Shown here piece after piece: positions 41,474 to 51,220 of a stretch of DNA of 64,000 nucleotides. Numbering within the stretch: the first letter of the stretch is position 1; each line of letters begins with the position of its first letter. The translations under genes and the position numbers were made by a program. The notes under the pieces were generated by a model that saw only the letters and a list, made by a program, of their open reading frames with translations, had not been told where the DNA came from and made no database searches. Location: assembly GCA_963664015.2 (NCBI GenBank), contig CAXXLF010000002.1, positions 256,001 to 320,000 on the forward strand, given 5' to 3'. This stretch comes from Candidatus Binatia bacterium. Its GTDB lineage: Bacteria > Desulfobacterota > Binatia > UBA9968 > CAXXLF01.

Positions 41474-43468
41474 TTATTCAAACAAGAGCCCCGGGGGCCA
41501 AAGCACATCAAATACCGATTCGAACAATCCCCAGACCAAGAGCCAAGCTACCAACCCCATGGCCAGCGACATCCACCACTTCTCGCCTCCGTCAACTGAA
41601 GTGTAAAAGAACACAAACAGCGGCAATGATATCTTGATACCGAACAGCCAGGTAAGCAGAGCCGCACCACCAAACCACGCAAAGAACGTGACCGTACGGA
41701 TAATTTCCGTGCGCCGGTCGAGTTCTCGTCCGGACGCAGTCTCGTCCATCTCAACCCCCTGAGCCGCAACCCGGAGCTCCCAACCCGTAACATCCCGGTA
41801 GAGCTGCATCGATGCAAGGCATAACCCGGGTATAGCTGCAATATAAACAGGCATGAGCTCCGCGATGAAAGGCCAGGTTCGCCCCTCCAATATTACCCAG
41901 ACAAAAAAGATTACGAAGGCCAGCGTCAAGCCCGCTGGGTAGCTAAACGTCCAAGGAATAGGTTGCGAAGCGTCCGCAGCAGCAGTACCATCGTCCACTT
42001 TCTTTTCCCGCCGGCTCCAGAGGGTATAACCAAGGGAAACGACCACAAGCGAAAGAAGGATCATTACCGCCGGTCGCTGGAGCCAACTGAATTCATACCT
42101 TGCCGTCGAAATATAGAGATACTTCTCCATCAACAGGCCTAAAATCATCCCAAGAATGAGCGGCGGTCTCGGGTATGAAAATCGCTTCATGATGTAACCA
42201 ACGAGCCCGAATAAAAATACCATGAGCAGGTCCAGTGGATGTCGAGTTGCGCTCAAGGCGCCGATCAACACAAAGACGAGAATCATCGGAACTATGATGG
42301 AGTAGCGAAGCTCCGCAAGCTTGGCTAAAGGATTGGCAAAGATCAGACCTATGGCACCACCAATAATGCTGGCAACGCCCAAGACCCACACGATGCTGTA
42401 AACCAGGTCCGCATTCCTTTCGAGCATATAGGGTCCCGGGGAAAAGCCCATGGTTATTAGAGCAAAAAGAAACAATGCCGAGACAAGGCTACCGGGGATC
42501 CCCAGTGTTAAGGTCGGAATCAGGGTGCCTCCGTCCTTGGCATCGTTGGATGATTCCGGCGCAATAACCCCGCGCACATCGCCCTTTCCAAAGGTTTCCT
42601 TTGCGCCCTTGCAGGTCTGAGCCGCGTGCCCGTAACTCAGCCAATCCACTACCTGCGCGCCGAGACCGGGTATAATCCCAACCCAGATACCTAGAAAGCT
42701 ACAACGGACGATGAGCCACAGATTGCTGAAAGCATCTCTGATGCCCTCCATTAGACTTCCCTTGAGCTCCACCGGAGCCTTCTCCACTCCCACCCGGGTG
42801 ATCGCTAGATCCAGGGAAGAAGGAATCCCAAAGATCGCTAATGCCATGATCCCGAGCGGTAAGCCCTCCAGAAGATAGGGCTCGCCAAAGACAAACCGCA
42901 TGACCCCGGATTGCGCCTGAATGCCCACCACGGACAAAATCAAGCCAAAGGCACCGGCAATGAGTCCTTTGAGTGGTCTGGGGCCCGCCAGGATGGACAC
43001 CATAGTCAGACCCCAGAGGGTAATAACAAACAGCTCGGGAGAGCCTAGGAATAGAACTAGGACCTTCGCGACAGGAATAGCCGCGGCCAGGGTAACCGTC
43101 CCGACGAGGCTTCCCAGGATACCAGCCGTGAAGGCCGCCCCGAGCGCTCGCCGCGCCTCCCCGTTGCGACCCATGGCATAGCCATCCAGCACGGTGGCCT
43201 GTGAACCCGCACCACCAGGGATGCCGAAGAGAACGGGGAGATAGGCGCTGGTCGTGCTGCTTACGGCATCCATGCCTATTAGAAAGGCTATTGCCGAAAT
43301 AGGGTCCCATTGGGTAACCACCGAGAGAAAAAGGGCGTACATCAATGGAGTTCCCAGCCCCTGGGGAGTGATCGCCGTGAAGGTCCCGACGGCGATGCCG
43401 CCCATCATGGCCAGGAGGGCCTGCCAGTGCAAGAGGTTTATAAATCCCTGAACTGCCGCATCAAACAT
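41474..43468 (-). CDS. tctA: tripartite tricarboxylate transporter permease TctA with a C-terminal TctB-like domain
   Basis: GIPG..ATVLDGYAM..GEARRAL, FGKGDVRGVIAPESSNDA..GTLIPTLTLGIPG; about 150 aa extra TM tail. Confidence 0.88.
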   Translation of the reverse strand: MFDAAVQGFINLLHWQALLAMMGGIAVGTFTAITPQGLGTPLMYALFLSVVTQWDPISAIAFLIGMDAVSSTTSAYLPVLFGIPGGAGSQATVLDGYAMGRNGEARRALGAAFTAGILGSLVGTVTLAAAIPVAKVLVLFLGSPELFVITLWGLTMVSILAGPRPLKGLIAGAFGLILSVVGIQAQSGVMRFVFGEPYLLEGLPLGIMALAIFGIPSSLDLAITRVGVEKAPVELKGSLMEGIRDAFSNLWLIVRCSFLGIWVGIIPGLGAQVVDWLSYGHAAQTCKGAKETFGKGDVRGVIAPESSNDAKDGGTLIPTLTLGIPGSLVSALFLFALITMGFSPGPYMLERNADLVYSIVWVLGVASIIGGAIGLIFANPLAKLAELRYSIIVPMILVFVLIGALSATRHPLDLLMVFLFGLVGYIMKRFSYPRPPLILGMILGLLMEKYLYISTARYEFSWLQRPAVMILLSLVVVSLGYTLWSRREKKVDDGTAAADASQPIPWTFSYPAGLTLAFVIFFVWVILEGRTWPFIAELMPVYIAAIPGLCLASMQLYRDVTGWELRVAAQGVEMDETASGRELDRRTEIIRTVTFFAWFGGAALLTWLFGIKISLPLFVFFYTSVDGGEKWWMSLAMGLVAWLLVWGLFESVFDVLWPPGLLFE

Positions 43469-43734
43469 AGTTCCGATATCGATCTTTCTAAAAATTCAAT
43501 GATTAAACCAGAAATGCCCCAAGGGGGGGGGCAGTTAGCCAATATGATGCTCCACCGCAACATCCCATGAATCCAAGATTTATTACCACTACCGCTCGTT
43601 CCCGAACCTCGCGAATACCTTCAACTAGTTTCCTAAGATCCTCCTATTATCGCCCCAATTTCATTTTGACATGCCGCTGTCTAGCACATGTCCATATCCG
43701 GAAACAAGCCTGAATCCGACAAATCGGTTCCAGG

Positions 43735-44760
43735 CTAATCCCGCACTTCCTCGCGGTAAAGTCCTAGAGACTCCATGGCCGGCCTATCGTTTATGGAGAA
43801 AAGGATAGCCGGTTTTTTTGACTTGTTCTCGTGTGCATGCCAGTTCCATAAAGGGACAACAAAAGAATCTCCCTTGTTCCATTCCAATCTCTGATCGCCA
43901 ACGTGGAGGATTCCCTGCCCTCGAAAGCCGTGAGAGACGGCCGTATGGGTATGGCGGTGAAACCTTCCCCTCTCACCAGGCCTTAACAACTGAATCTCGC
44001 AGGACATGGTGGGAAGGGTTGCTGCCCCGGTGATGGGGTCGGTATAGCAAAGCAGCACGCCGTCGAAGGGGTCCCCCGGACTTTCCGCCAATGCTTCGAG
44101 AGTTTTCTCGGTCTCAGCCCAGGGATAGCGGTACGGGGAACGAAAGGTTGATTGGCGTGAGGTCCGTTCTCCGGAGCGTAAGGCTCCATAGGCGTGTTTA
44201 GACCAACCAACCGGTCGCGACCGGGGTTGTTGAGGTTGAGAGTACGGTTCCGAAAACCCCACCTGGTAGTACTGGATCATCGGGCCGTTAGCGCCGTCGA
44301 GCCAGACAACAGGGGAGTCTCCAGCATTGATGTGATCGTGCCAGCTCCAGTTGGGAGTGGTAATGAGATCCCCTTCCTCCATGGGAAACGATTCACTCTC
44401 GATAATCGTGGATGCCCCCTGACCCTTCACAACGAATCGAATGGCCTCCATCATATGGCGATGGGCCGGGGCGAACTCCCCCGGACGAACCAACTGGGCA
44501 CCCATAAGCAAGGTGTGGGCCGTCCCCATTGGGAGTTGGGGGTGTTGAAATCCCACGAATCTCCTAAAGGCTTCCTCGGGACGAATGAATTCAGCGGCTT
44601 TCTGAAGGGACTCGTACAGCTCCCCCCACTTCCAAAGGTACGGCTCGAATTTAGGCTGGGGCTCCCGATAACCAACGCTGCGGTCGGGAATCATCCAATA
44701 CCCCAAAAGGCTCTTTTTCTTGAGTTCTTCGTTCAGCGCATCTAATTTATTTTGGGACAT
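43735..44760 (-). CDS. gentisate 1,2-dioxygenase-like bicupin
   Basis: RRFVGFQHP, APAHRH..AIRF, TPNWSWHDH, WLDG, HRHT, NDRP; start at ATG 44760 after GAGG. Confidence 0.88.
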   Translation of the reverse strand: MSQNKLDALNEELKKKSLLGYWMIPDRSVGYREPQPKFEPYLWKWGELYESLQKAAEFIRPEEAFRRFVGFQHPQLPMGTAHTLLMGAQLVRPGEFAPAHRHMMEAIRFVVKGQGASTIIESESFPMEEGDLITTPNWSWHDHINAGDSPVVWLDGANGPMIQYYQVGFSEPYSQPQQPRSRPVGWSKHAYGALRSGERTSRQSTFRSPYRYPWAETEKTLEALAESPGDPFDGVLLCYTDPITGAATLPTMSCEIQLLRPGERGRFHRHTHTAVSHGFRGQGILHVGDQRLEWNKGDSFVVPLWNWHAHENKSKKPAILFSINDRPAMESLGLYREEVRD

Positions 44761-44793
44761 GGCCACCTCAGGATTTTGCAAGGACCCTAGAGT

Positions 44794-45537
44794 TCAATGG
44801 GTTGCCCGATAAACGCCATCGAGCATCGATGCATAGAGGCTCACAGGAGTCAGGGCACAATACTCTACCGGGTAACCGGGCCTCTCTATAATCCCCTGCT
44901 GCAGGAGACGATTGAGAAATAATTGGGTCACTTTGGAGTGGGCCTTCCGATCCAGGTGATCCATGGTATCGGCCTCGTGATGCTTGGAGAAATAGATGAC
45001 CTGATCCGGTTTGAATCCATAGTGACGCGTGAGGGCCTGAAACCACTTGTGGCAGGTTTCGCCAAAGGCACCCTCCCACAATACGGACAACCAATATTCT
45101 TGAACAAGGCCGTCCACGAGAAGGGTTCTTTGAAAATCCGCCAGGCCCCGGGCCTCGGGAAGCATGGGTGAGAGTAGGACTTGCTCCCGACTTAGACCTA
45201 AACATTCTCCCGTCGAAATCAGGATCTGAATATGTCCGGGAGGCTTGGGGTGACCGAATTCATCGAGCACTTTTTCCGTATAGGCTTCCATCAGGTCCAC
45301 ATTCTTTACAAAGAACCAAAGGTGTTTGTAGAAAGCCGAGGTGTAAATAGAATTGATTACCGGTACAAAGGCCCCCCAGTTTTGGTAAAAGAGCTTGATC
45401 GATTCCATTTTTAGTCGTCCACCGACCAGATTATCCATAAACTGAGTCTGTTCCACGGTCTCCTTCCAGAGTTGATTGACCTTTGTGGTCAGCTCCGTAA
45501 TCAACTCTTCCGCATCTCTTTCAGTGAGCTGAATCAT
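44794..45537 (-). CDS. heme-oxygenase-like (PqqC/TenA/CADD superfamily) putative diiron protein
   Basis: Helical protein with DEFGH..GH, WE and YFSKHHEADTMDH ligand pattern. Confidence 0.75.
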   Translation of the reverse strand: MIQLTERDAEELITELTTKVNQLWKETVEQTQFMDNLVGGRLKMESIKLFYQNWGAFVPVINSIYTSAFYKHLWFFVKNVDLMEAYTEKVLDEFGHPKPPGHIQILISTGECLGLSREQVLLSPMLPEARGLADFQRTLLVDGLVQEYWLSVLWEGAFGETCHKWFQALTRHYGFKPDQVIYFSKHHEADTMDHLDRKAHSKVTQLFLNRLLQQGIIERPGYPVEYCALTPVSLYASMLDGVYRATH

Positions 45538-45632
45538 AGGTGAGCCCTTTCTCTAAAGCCGTTTCTTCTTCCTGCGCCATGTATATTTCGACATATGAGG
45601 ATAAGCAAGTGCGAATAGTCCATCTCATGGAT

Positions 45633-45661
45633 TTGACAAAGCCACTACTATTGGATAGTCT
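45633..45661 (+). promoter_or_regulatory. putative sigma70 promoter TTGACA-N17-TAGTCT
   Basis: Consensus -35 with 17-bp spacing, upstream of the dioxygenase operon. Confidence 0.55.
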
Positions 45662-45752
45662 CCATTGGGCCATGTAAGCTGTTAGAAACTAAGGCGTTTA
45701 AATGCTCGATGGAGCCCCCGGCCAAGATTAGCTACCCAGTAAGGCACCTAAC

Positions 45753-47105
45753 ATGCCAGCAAACAATTCACTGCGTTCTCTCGTTGATCTCGATCACGGC
45801 TTGATTAGCAGAGAGGTTTTCGTCAACGAGGAGATTTACCAGCGCGAACAAGAGCAGATCTTCGCCCGGGCGTGGCTCTTTATCGGACATGAAAGCCAGG
45901 TGCCCAATCCGGGGGACTACTTTGTATCCTCCATGGGTGAGGAATCGGTCATCCTGGTTCGTGACCAACAGAAAAAGATTCATGTTTTTTTGAATACCTG
46001 CCGCCACCGGGGCATGAAAGTCTGCCGTTACGATACCGGAAACACGACAACCTTCATCTGTCCCTACCATGGTTGGAACTATGATACGGACGGTAAATTA
46101 GGTGGCGTCCCTCGTTTCAAGGACGGTTATCAGGATAAACTCGATAAGACTCTGTGGGGACTAATTGAAGTTCCTCAGATGGTCAACTACAAGGGATCCA
46201 TTTGGGCCACATGGGACAAGGAAGCACCCGCATTTCTCGATTATCTTGGCGACTTCAAAGTCTATTTGGACCAGCTTTTCGATAGCTTTGACGGAAGAGA
46301 CGGAGGCGGAGAGGTCCTTCCCGGGGTCCACAAATGGCGCATGCCGTGCAATTGGAAATTCCCGGCAACCAGTTTCGGCGGCGACGCGGCCCACGAATAC
46401 AGTCATCGTTCCACCCATGTGGCCGGTTATGGCCCCCAGGGCAAGGGAGACCGCCATGGAGTTGCACGCCCGGGGGAAAAGAGGCTTGAGGTTTCCATTC
46501 CCGGATTGGGTCATGGCGCCCACGTATCCGTTTACGACGCGGAATGCCCCTATACCCCTACCTGGGGAAGCATCCAATCGGTGGACGATTACTTCAAGGT
46601 GGCCTATGAGAAACAACGGAGTCGCCTGCCTACTCCCTTACGCATGGAGGTGGGGGCGGCAACCATGTTCCCCAATGCCTCCTTTGCCGCCGGGACGAGA
46701 CGAACTATTGTCGTCTGGCATCCCCGCGGTCCTCACATGACCGAGGCATGGAGATTTTACCTAGTCGACAAGGATACCCCTCAGGAAGTTCGCGATCCCC
46801 TGCGCCGTTATTTGATGCGCTACTCGGGCCCCGTGGGCATGACCGAGCAGGACGACATGGAAAACTGGAACTACGCCTACGCTGCCAGTAAAGGAACCAT
46901 CGCACGACGCTATCCGTACAACTACCAAATGGGCATCGAAAATGAGATCCTTGACGTTCCTATACCCGGAACCGTCACCCAGGTCTTGTCGGAAGAAAAC
47001 CAGCGCTGTCGATTCCAGCGCTGGTTGGAGTTTATGGAGGCCCCGGATTGGAATGCGATCTACCCCAAAAATGGCAAATCTTCCCGGGGCAACGGCCGTG
47101 ACTGA
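45753..47105 (+). CDS. aromatic ring-hydroxylating dioxygenase alpha subunit (biphenyl/phenylpropionate type)
   Basis: CRHRG..CPYHGW; CNWK..D..H..H; EQDDMENW. Confidence 0.92.
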   Translation: MPANNSLRSLVDLDHGLISREVFVNEEIYQREQEQIFARAWLFIGHESQVPNPGDYFVSSMGEESVILVRDQQKKIHVFLNTCRHRGMKVCRYDTGNTTTFICPYHGWNYDTDGKLGGVPRFKDGYQDKLDKTLWGLIEVPQMVNYKGSIWATWDKEAPAFLDYLGDFKVYLDQLFDSFDGRDGGGEVLPGVHKWRMPCNWKFPATSFGGDAAHEYSHRSTHVAGYGPQGKGDRHGVARPGEKRLEVSIPGLGHGAHVSVYDAECPYTPTWGSIQSVDDYFKVAYEKQRSRLPTPLRMEVGAATMFPNASFAAGTRRTIVVWHPRGPHMTEAWRFYLVDKDTPQEVRDPLRRYLMRYSGPVGMTEQDDMENWNYAYAASKGTIARRYPYNYQMGIENEILDVPIPGTVTQVLSEENQRCRFQRWLEFMEAPDWNAIYPKNGKSSRGNGRD

Positions 47106-47640
47106 AGAAAGACCCGAGAGGGACAGCGGTCTACAGCGACTTCTTCTCAACCATGAAGTTACCGAGTTCTTGTACAGAGAGGCCGATCTCCTCGACGAGC
47201 GCCGCTTCGATGAATGGTTGGAACTCTTCACCGAAGACACCCACTACTGGATGCCCATGCGACAGAACATCCCCCGCGGTCAGGAACACCGTGAAAACAC
47301 CAGCGACGTCAACGGCATCTCCTGGTTCGACGAGGGCAAGACGACCCTCAAGTCCAGGGTGGAACAGATCAAGACAGGGCTACACTGGGCGGAGGAACCC
47401 CTTTCGAGGGTTTGCCACTTGGTTAGCAACGTGCGCGTCCTCAAAGAGGCCGCTACCGAGATTAACGTAGGGAGCCGCATGCTGGTTTACCGCAACCGCC
47501 TTCAGGACGAGACAGATTTCTTTGTGGGCAAGCGCGAGGACCTACTGCGAAAAGTGGAGGGGCAGTGGAAAATCGCAAACCGCAAGATCATTCTTGATCA
47601 GAACGTTATGCTGGCAAAAAACGTCACCATATTCTTCTAG
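47098..47640 (+). CDS. ring-hydroxylating dioxygenase beta subunit
   Basis: FLYREADLLDERRFDEWL..YWMP..HWAEEPLSRVCHLVSNV..REDLLR..WKIA.RKI.LDQ; probable GTG start overlapping the alpha stop. Confidence 0.92.
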   Translation: MTEERPERDSGLQRLLLNHEVTEFLYREADLLDERRFDEWLELFTEDTHYWMPMRQNIPRGQEHRENTSDVNGISWFDEGKTTLKSRVEQIKTGLHWAEEPLSRVCHLVSNVRVLKEAATEINVGSRMLVYRNRLQDETDFFVGKREDLLRKVEGQWKIANRKIILDQNVMLAKNVTIFF

Positions 47641-47674
47641 TAATCGGCCACTCCTGGCTAATTAAGAGCAGGCC

Positions 47675-48892
47675 ATGACAGCGGTCCATGTAGATAATCA
47701 CCCAACCTTGAGATTCGGAATCGCGGGTTTAGGGCAGGCCTTCGCCTCCACCCTTCCCGAGATGCTCGCCCACCCCCATATTGAGGTTGTAGCCGGCGCC
47801 GATTTCCGCCGGGAGGCCCGCGATAAGTTTTCGATTGAGTTGGGTGGGAAAGTTTACGAGCGCGTAGAGGAGCTTTGCGCCGACACGGAAATCGACGCGG
47901 TTTATGTGGCCACACCACACCAGTTTCATGCCGAGCATTCGCTTCGGGCTTTGGAGCAGGGCAAGCACATAATCCTTGAGAAACCCATGGCCCTCACCCT
48001 CGAAGACTGCGATGCCATGATCGCCGAGGCCGACCGGCAGGCCGTTAAGCTGCTCGTGGGGCGAGGATCCCATGGGTTCGATGCAACCGTCCTAAAAATG
48101 AGGGAGATCATCCGTGGTGGTGAATTAGGGAACCTGGGGATGATCAATTCATGGCTTTACGGAGACTTCCTGTACCGTCCTCGTACCCCCGAGGAACTCG
48201 ACACCAGTCTTGGTGGCGGCGTGATTTTCAACCAGGGACCGCACCAGATCGATATGATACGGGTTCTTGGGGGGGGACTATTACGAAGCGTGCGAGCGAT
48301 GACCGGGATCTGGGACCCGGCACGTAAATCCGAGGGCGGCATTGTAGCCTACCTGGAATTTGCCAACGGCGTACCTGCAACCATGGTCTACAGTGGTTAT
48401 GATCATTTCGATACCGATGAATTTCACGGATGGATTGGAACTTACGGCTATCCCAAAGATCCAAACCACCACGGCAAGGCCAGAAAATCCCTTAAAGGAC
48501 TCGCGTCCACTCCCGAACAGGAAGCGGCTCTCAAGGCGTCCTATGGATACGGGGGAACCCGAAAGAGAGAACGGTCGATGCAAGCCGACAATTCATCCTC
48601 ACACTCCAATCACTGGGGCCTGATGATCGTTAGCTGTGAGAGGGGAGAGATGAAACAGTCCGTGGACGGGATACGGATCTATGGGGATGAAGGGAAAAAA
48701 GAACTTATCCTGCCCCCAGCTAAGGACACCGGCGTCATGAGCGAATTCTACGACTGCGTAGCGAACAACCGTCCGCTTGTACGCGATGGGCGGTGGGAAA
48801 AGGCAACCCTCGAGGTCTGCCTGGCAATCCTGCAATCTGCCCGCGAACGGCGCGAGGTGTTCCTCACCCACCAGATGGCGCTCGGCGATTGA
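47675..48892 (+). CDS. Gfo/Idh/MocA oxidoreductase, phthalate cis-4,5-dihydrodiol dehydrogenase-like
   Basis: GIAGLG, ATPHQFH, EKPMAL, DFLYRPRTPEELDT..GGG..NQGPHQID..SGYDHFD. Confidence 0.85.
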   Translation: MTAVHVDNHPTLRFGIAGLGQAFASTLPEMLAHPHIEVVAGADFRREARDKFSIELGGKVYERVEELCADTEIDAVYVATPHQFHAEHSLRALEQGKHIILEKPMALTLEDCDAMIAEADRQAVKLLVGRGSHGFDATVLKMREIIRGGELGNLGMINSWLYGDFLYRPRTPEELDTSLGGGVIFNQGPHQIDMIRVLGGGLLRSVRAMTGIWDPARKSEGGIVAYLEFANGVPATMVYSGYDHFDTDEFHGWIGTYGYPKDPNHHGKARKSLKGLASTPEQEAALKASYGYGGTRKRERSMQADNSSSHSNHWGLMIVSCERGEMKQSVDGIRIYGDEGKKELILPPAKDTGVMSEFYDCVANNRPLVRDGRWEKATLEVCLAILQSARERREVFLTHQMALGD

Positions 48893-49084
48893 ACCACCTG
48901 TCCCCTACACACTCCTAGGATACCGTACCCTCGCAGGCGCAAAGTCAACGGCGTAATTATCGCAGAGCACACTGAACACGCAGAAGTCAAGCCAATCCCA
49001 TCCACGGTTAAAATCTATACCCATCCACTCGGGAACAGATTAAAATGCCGGTCATTTGAGTAGTTCTGATTGGGAATGGATGAG

Positions 49085-49157
49085 AATCGGAAATCGAGGA
49101 TTGAAAATCGGAAAAGAGCTGAAATAGAGATCGGGACACTATGCGCTATGCGCTTTC
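49085..49157. repeat. degenerate heptamer repeats in a convergent intergenic region
   Basis: AATCGGA AATCGAG GATTGAA AATCGGA, and CTATGCG CTATGCG. Confidence 0.45.
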
Positions 49158-49214
49158 CATTCTTCCCTCTTGCTGCCGACTGCTTACTGTCTTTCAAATT
49201 AGAGATCCTCTGCG

Positions 49215-50165
49215 TTAGAATCGATCCCAGTAGGCGAAGCTTGAGCCACAGGGAGAAGCGTAAACCGGGACATAATCCACAACCTTACCCGGCTTGCCGT
49301 CTGCCACAGCCGCTGCACAAATCCAATTGCGCGTCTCTCCCGTCCCACCCACGGTGAGTCCTTCCGGTGTCCCGTTATCAAAATGTTCCGCCATCCGACG
49401 AGCATCGCCGGCCTCAATAGCATCTAGTGTCACCCGGTCGAATTCTTCGTTGAGATAGGCATCTGGGGCCATGGGGGTGTGCCATAGCCCCCCGGAACCC
49501 AAGACCGCCACTTTGAGATCCAGAGGACAGCTTTCAATAACTTCTTTGACCGCCTTGCCCAACTGATAACATCTCTTGGCACTAGGCTGCGGCGGGTAGT
49601 AGCAATTTACGAAAATAGGAACCACCGGTATATCGTACTGCGGGGTAATGTAGTGGGGGGGCCGCATGAAGGCATGGCCCATGCCGCGGTCCTTGTTGGG
49701 TAAATCCTGTGAATAGGCCATGTCAAAGCCGCGGTCCATCAATCCCGTAAGGAGTTGCTTGGCCAAATCGGGATGGCCTTTAACCCGCGTCCAGTGCTCG
49801 GGTGTCTTGGGTTTCCTCTGTTTTGGAGCTCCCGGTATCGACGGAGTTGAGGCGGCAACGGTACGGTAACCCTCAAACCCCTCGCCGATAAAGATCCCCA
49901 AGGCGGGCATATTGTTATAATCAAATAACTCGAGCTGGTCGTCACCGAAGATGATAAGAACGTCCGGCCGAACCTCTTCGACCTTCGATTTCAGGACACC
50001 AAAGCCCTTCAAGCATCGGTCAAACTTTTCCCGATTGGTTTCCTCAGAATCGTGGGGGACATCCTTTCTCAAAGGTCTCCTGGCACGGATACCATTCCAG
50101 ATCCCAGGATCCGTATACAGAAACGGAGAATGGGAACAGGTCATCACTAATGATACTCGTGCCAT
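49215..50165 (-). CDS. LigB/MhpB-like class III extradiol ring-cleavage dioxygenase
   Basis: SHSP, GDDQ, GMGHAF, VNCYYPPQPSAKRC, SGGLWH, ETRNW. Confidence 0.88.
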   Translation of the reverse strand: MARVSLVMTCSHSPFLYTDPGIWNGIRARRPLRKDVPHDSEETNREKFDRCLKGFGVLKSKVEEVRPDVLIIFGDDQLELFDYNNMPALGIFIGEGFEGYRTVAASTPSIPGAPKQRKPKTPEHWTRVKGHPDLAKQLLTGLMDRGFDMAYSQDLPNKDRGMGHAFMRPPHYITPQYDIPVVPIFVNCYYPPQPSAKRCYQLGKAVKEVIESCPLDLKVAVLGSGGLWHTPMAPDAYLNEEFDRVTLDAIEAGDARRMAEHFDNGTPEGLTVGGTGETRNWICAAAVADGKPGKVVDYVPVYASPCGSSFAYWDRF

Positions 50166-50192
50166 AATTTTCTCCTTTAGGAAGTCAGGATT

Positions 50193-51182
50193 TTACCATC
50201 GCCCCTGCTCGCGCAACAACCGCTCCATATTGCCTCCACGGACAAGGTCCAACTCCTCTTCCGGCCAATCAAGGCCGTTGATGATCTCAAGGCACTCCCC
50301 CATTCGGTTTCTAGACCAAAAGGGAAAGTCAGAGCCAAGCACGATGTGATCGGAGCCTACAATTGACCGGGCCAGATTCAAGGTCGGGTGTGAGTTGCAC
50401 ACACTGTCATAGTACAGCTGTTTGAGATAGATACTCGGGGCCTGTGGGATCCCTCTTGCAGCTACAGGTTGTTCCCCATAACCGTGATCGATCCGTCCGA
50501 CCAGATAGAGCACCGTTCCACCTACATGGGGAGCTATAATTTTTAACTGAGGATGACGCTCCACAACGCCTCCCAAAACGAGTTCCATTACAGCAAGGGT
50601 ATCCTCCGAGGGCCATCCCAGCATGGTCTCCATTCCAAGTTTCCCGTAACGTCCTACGAATTCCATTCGGCAAGGGTGGATAAACAACAGGGACCTTGCC
50701 CTTGCCATTTCACTATAGAGATCTTCGAGGCTTGGATCGTTGAACGGTAGGCCAAAATTTGTCGGCGTAAGGACTCCGGAAAAACCTGGCAATTTGGCAA
50801 CCCGCTGAAACTCCTTGATGCTGCTTGGCACGTCAGGCAACGGTAGGGTCGCAAAAAAACGGTAGCGCCCCGGGTGCCGTTGACAGGCAGTAGTGAATTC
50901 ATCGCTCAACGCTTGAGCGACCGCCAATCTCTGCCCCAAGTCTGCAAAGTACATTCCCACCGGTAAGGGGGTAGAGACAATTTCAATGTCGACACCCGCA
51001 CCGTCCATGAGAGCAATTCTTTCGTCAAGAGCCCCAGTGAACTGAGCATCGTTGAAAATTTCCGGACGTTCGATATAACCTCTCGCCGCCTTCGCCTGAG
51101 GTGTAGTCCCTTCGGCGACACGCTGCAGTTCATTGATAAGAGGACGGGGAACCGTATGACAGTGAACATCAATATTTGGCAT
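50193..51182 (-). CDS. amidohydrolase-2 family protein (ACMSD/aromatic decarboxylase-like)
   Basis: IDVHCH, FIHP, IAPHVGG, YYDS, GSDFPF. Confidence 0.88.
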   Translation of the reverse strand: MPNIDVHCHTVPRPLINELQRVAEGTTPQAKAARGYIERPEIFNDAQFTGALDERIALMDGAGVDIEIVSTPLPVGMYFADLGQRLAVAQALSDEFTTACQRHPGRYRFFATLPLPDVPSSIKEFQRVAKLPGFSGVLTPTNFGLPFNDPSLEDLYSEMARARSLLFIHPCRMEFVGRYGKLGMETMLGWPSEDTLAVMELVLGGVVERHPQLKIIAPHVGGTVLYLVGRIDHGYGEQPVAARGIPQAPSIYLKQLYYDSVCNSHPTLNLARSIVGSDHIVLGSDFPFWSRNRMGECLEIINGLDWPEEELDLVRGGNMERLLREQGRW

Positions 51183-51220
51183 GGTTTACCCTTTGAGGCC
51201 GATTTTTTCTCGGAGTTGGA

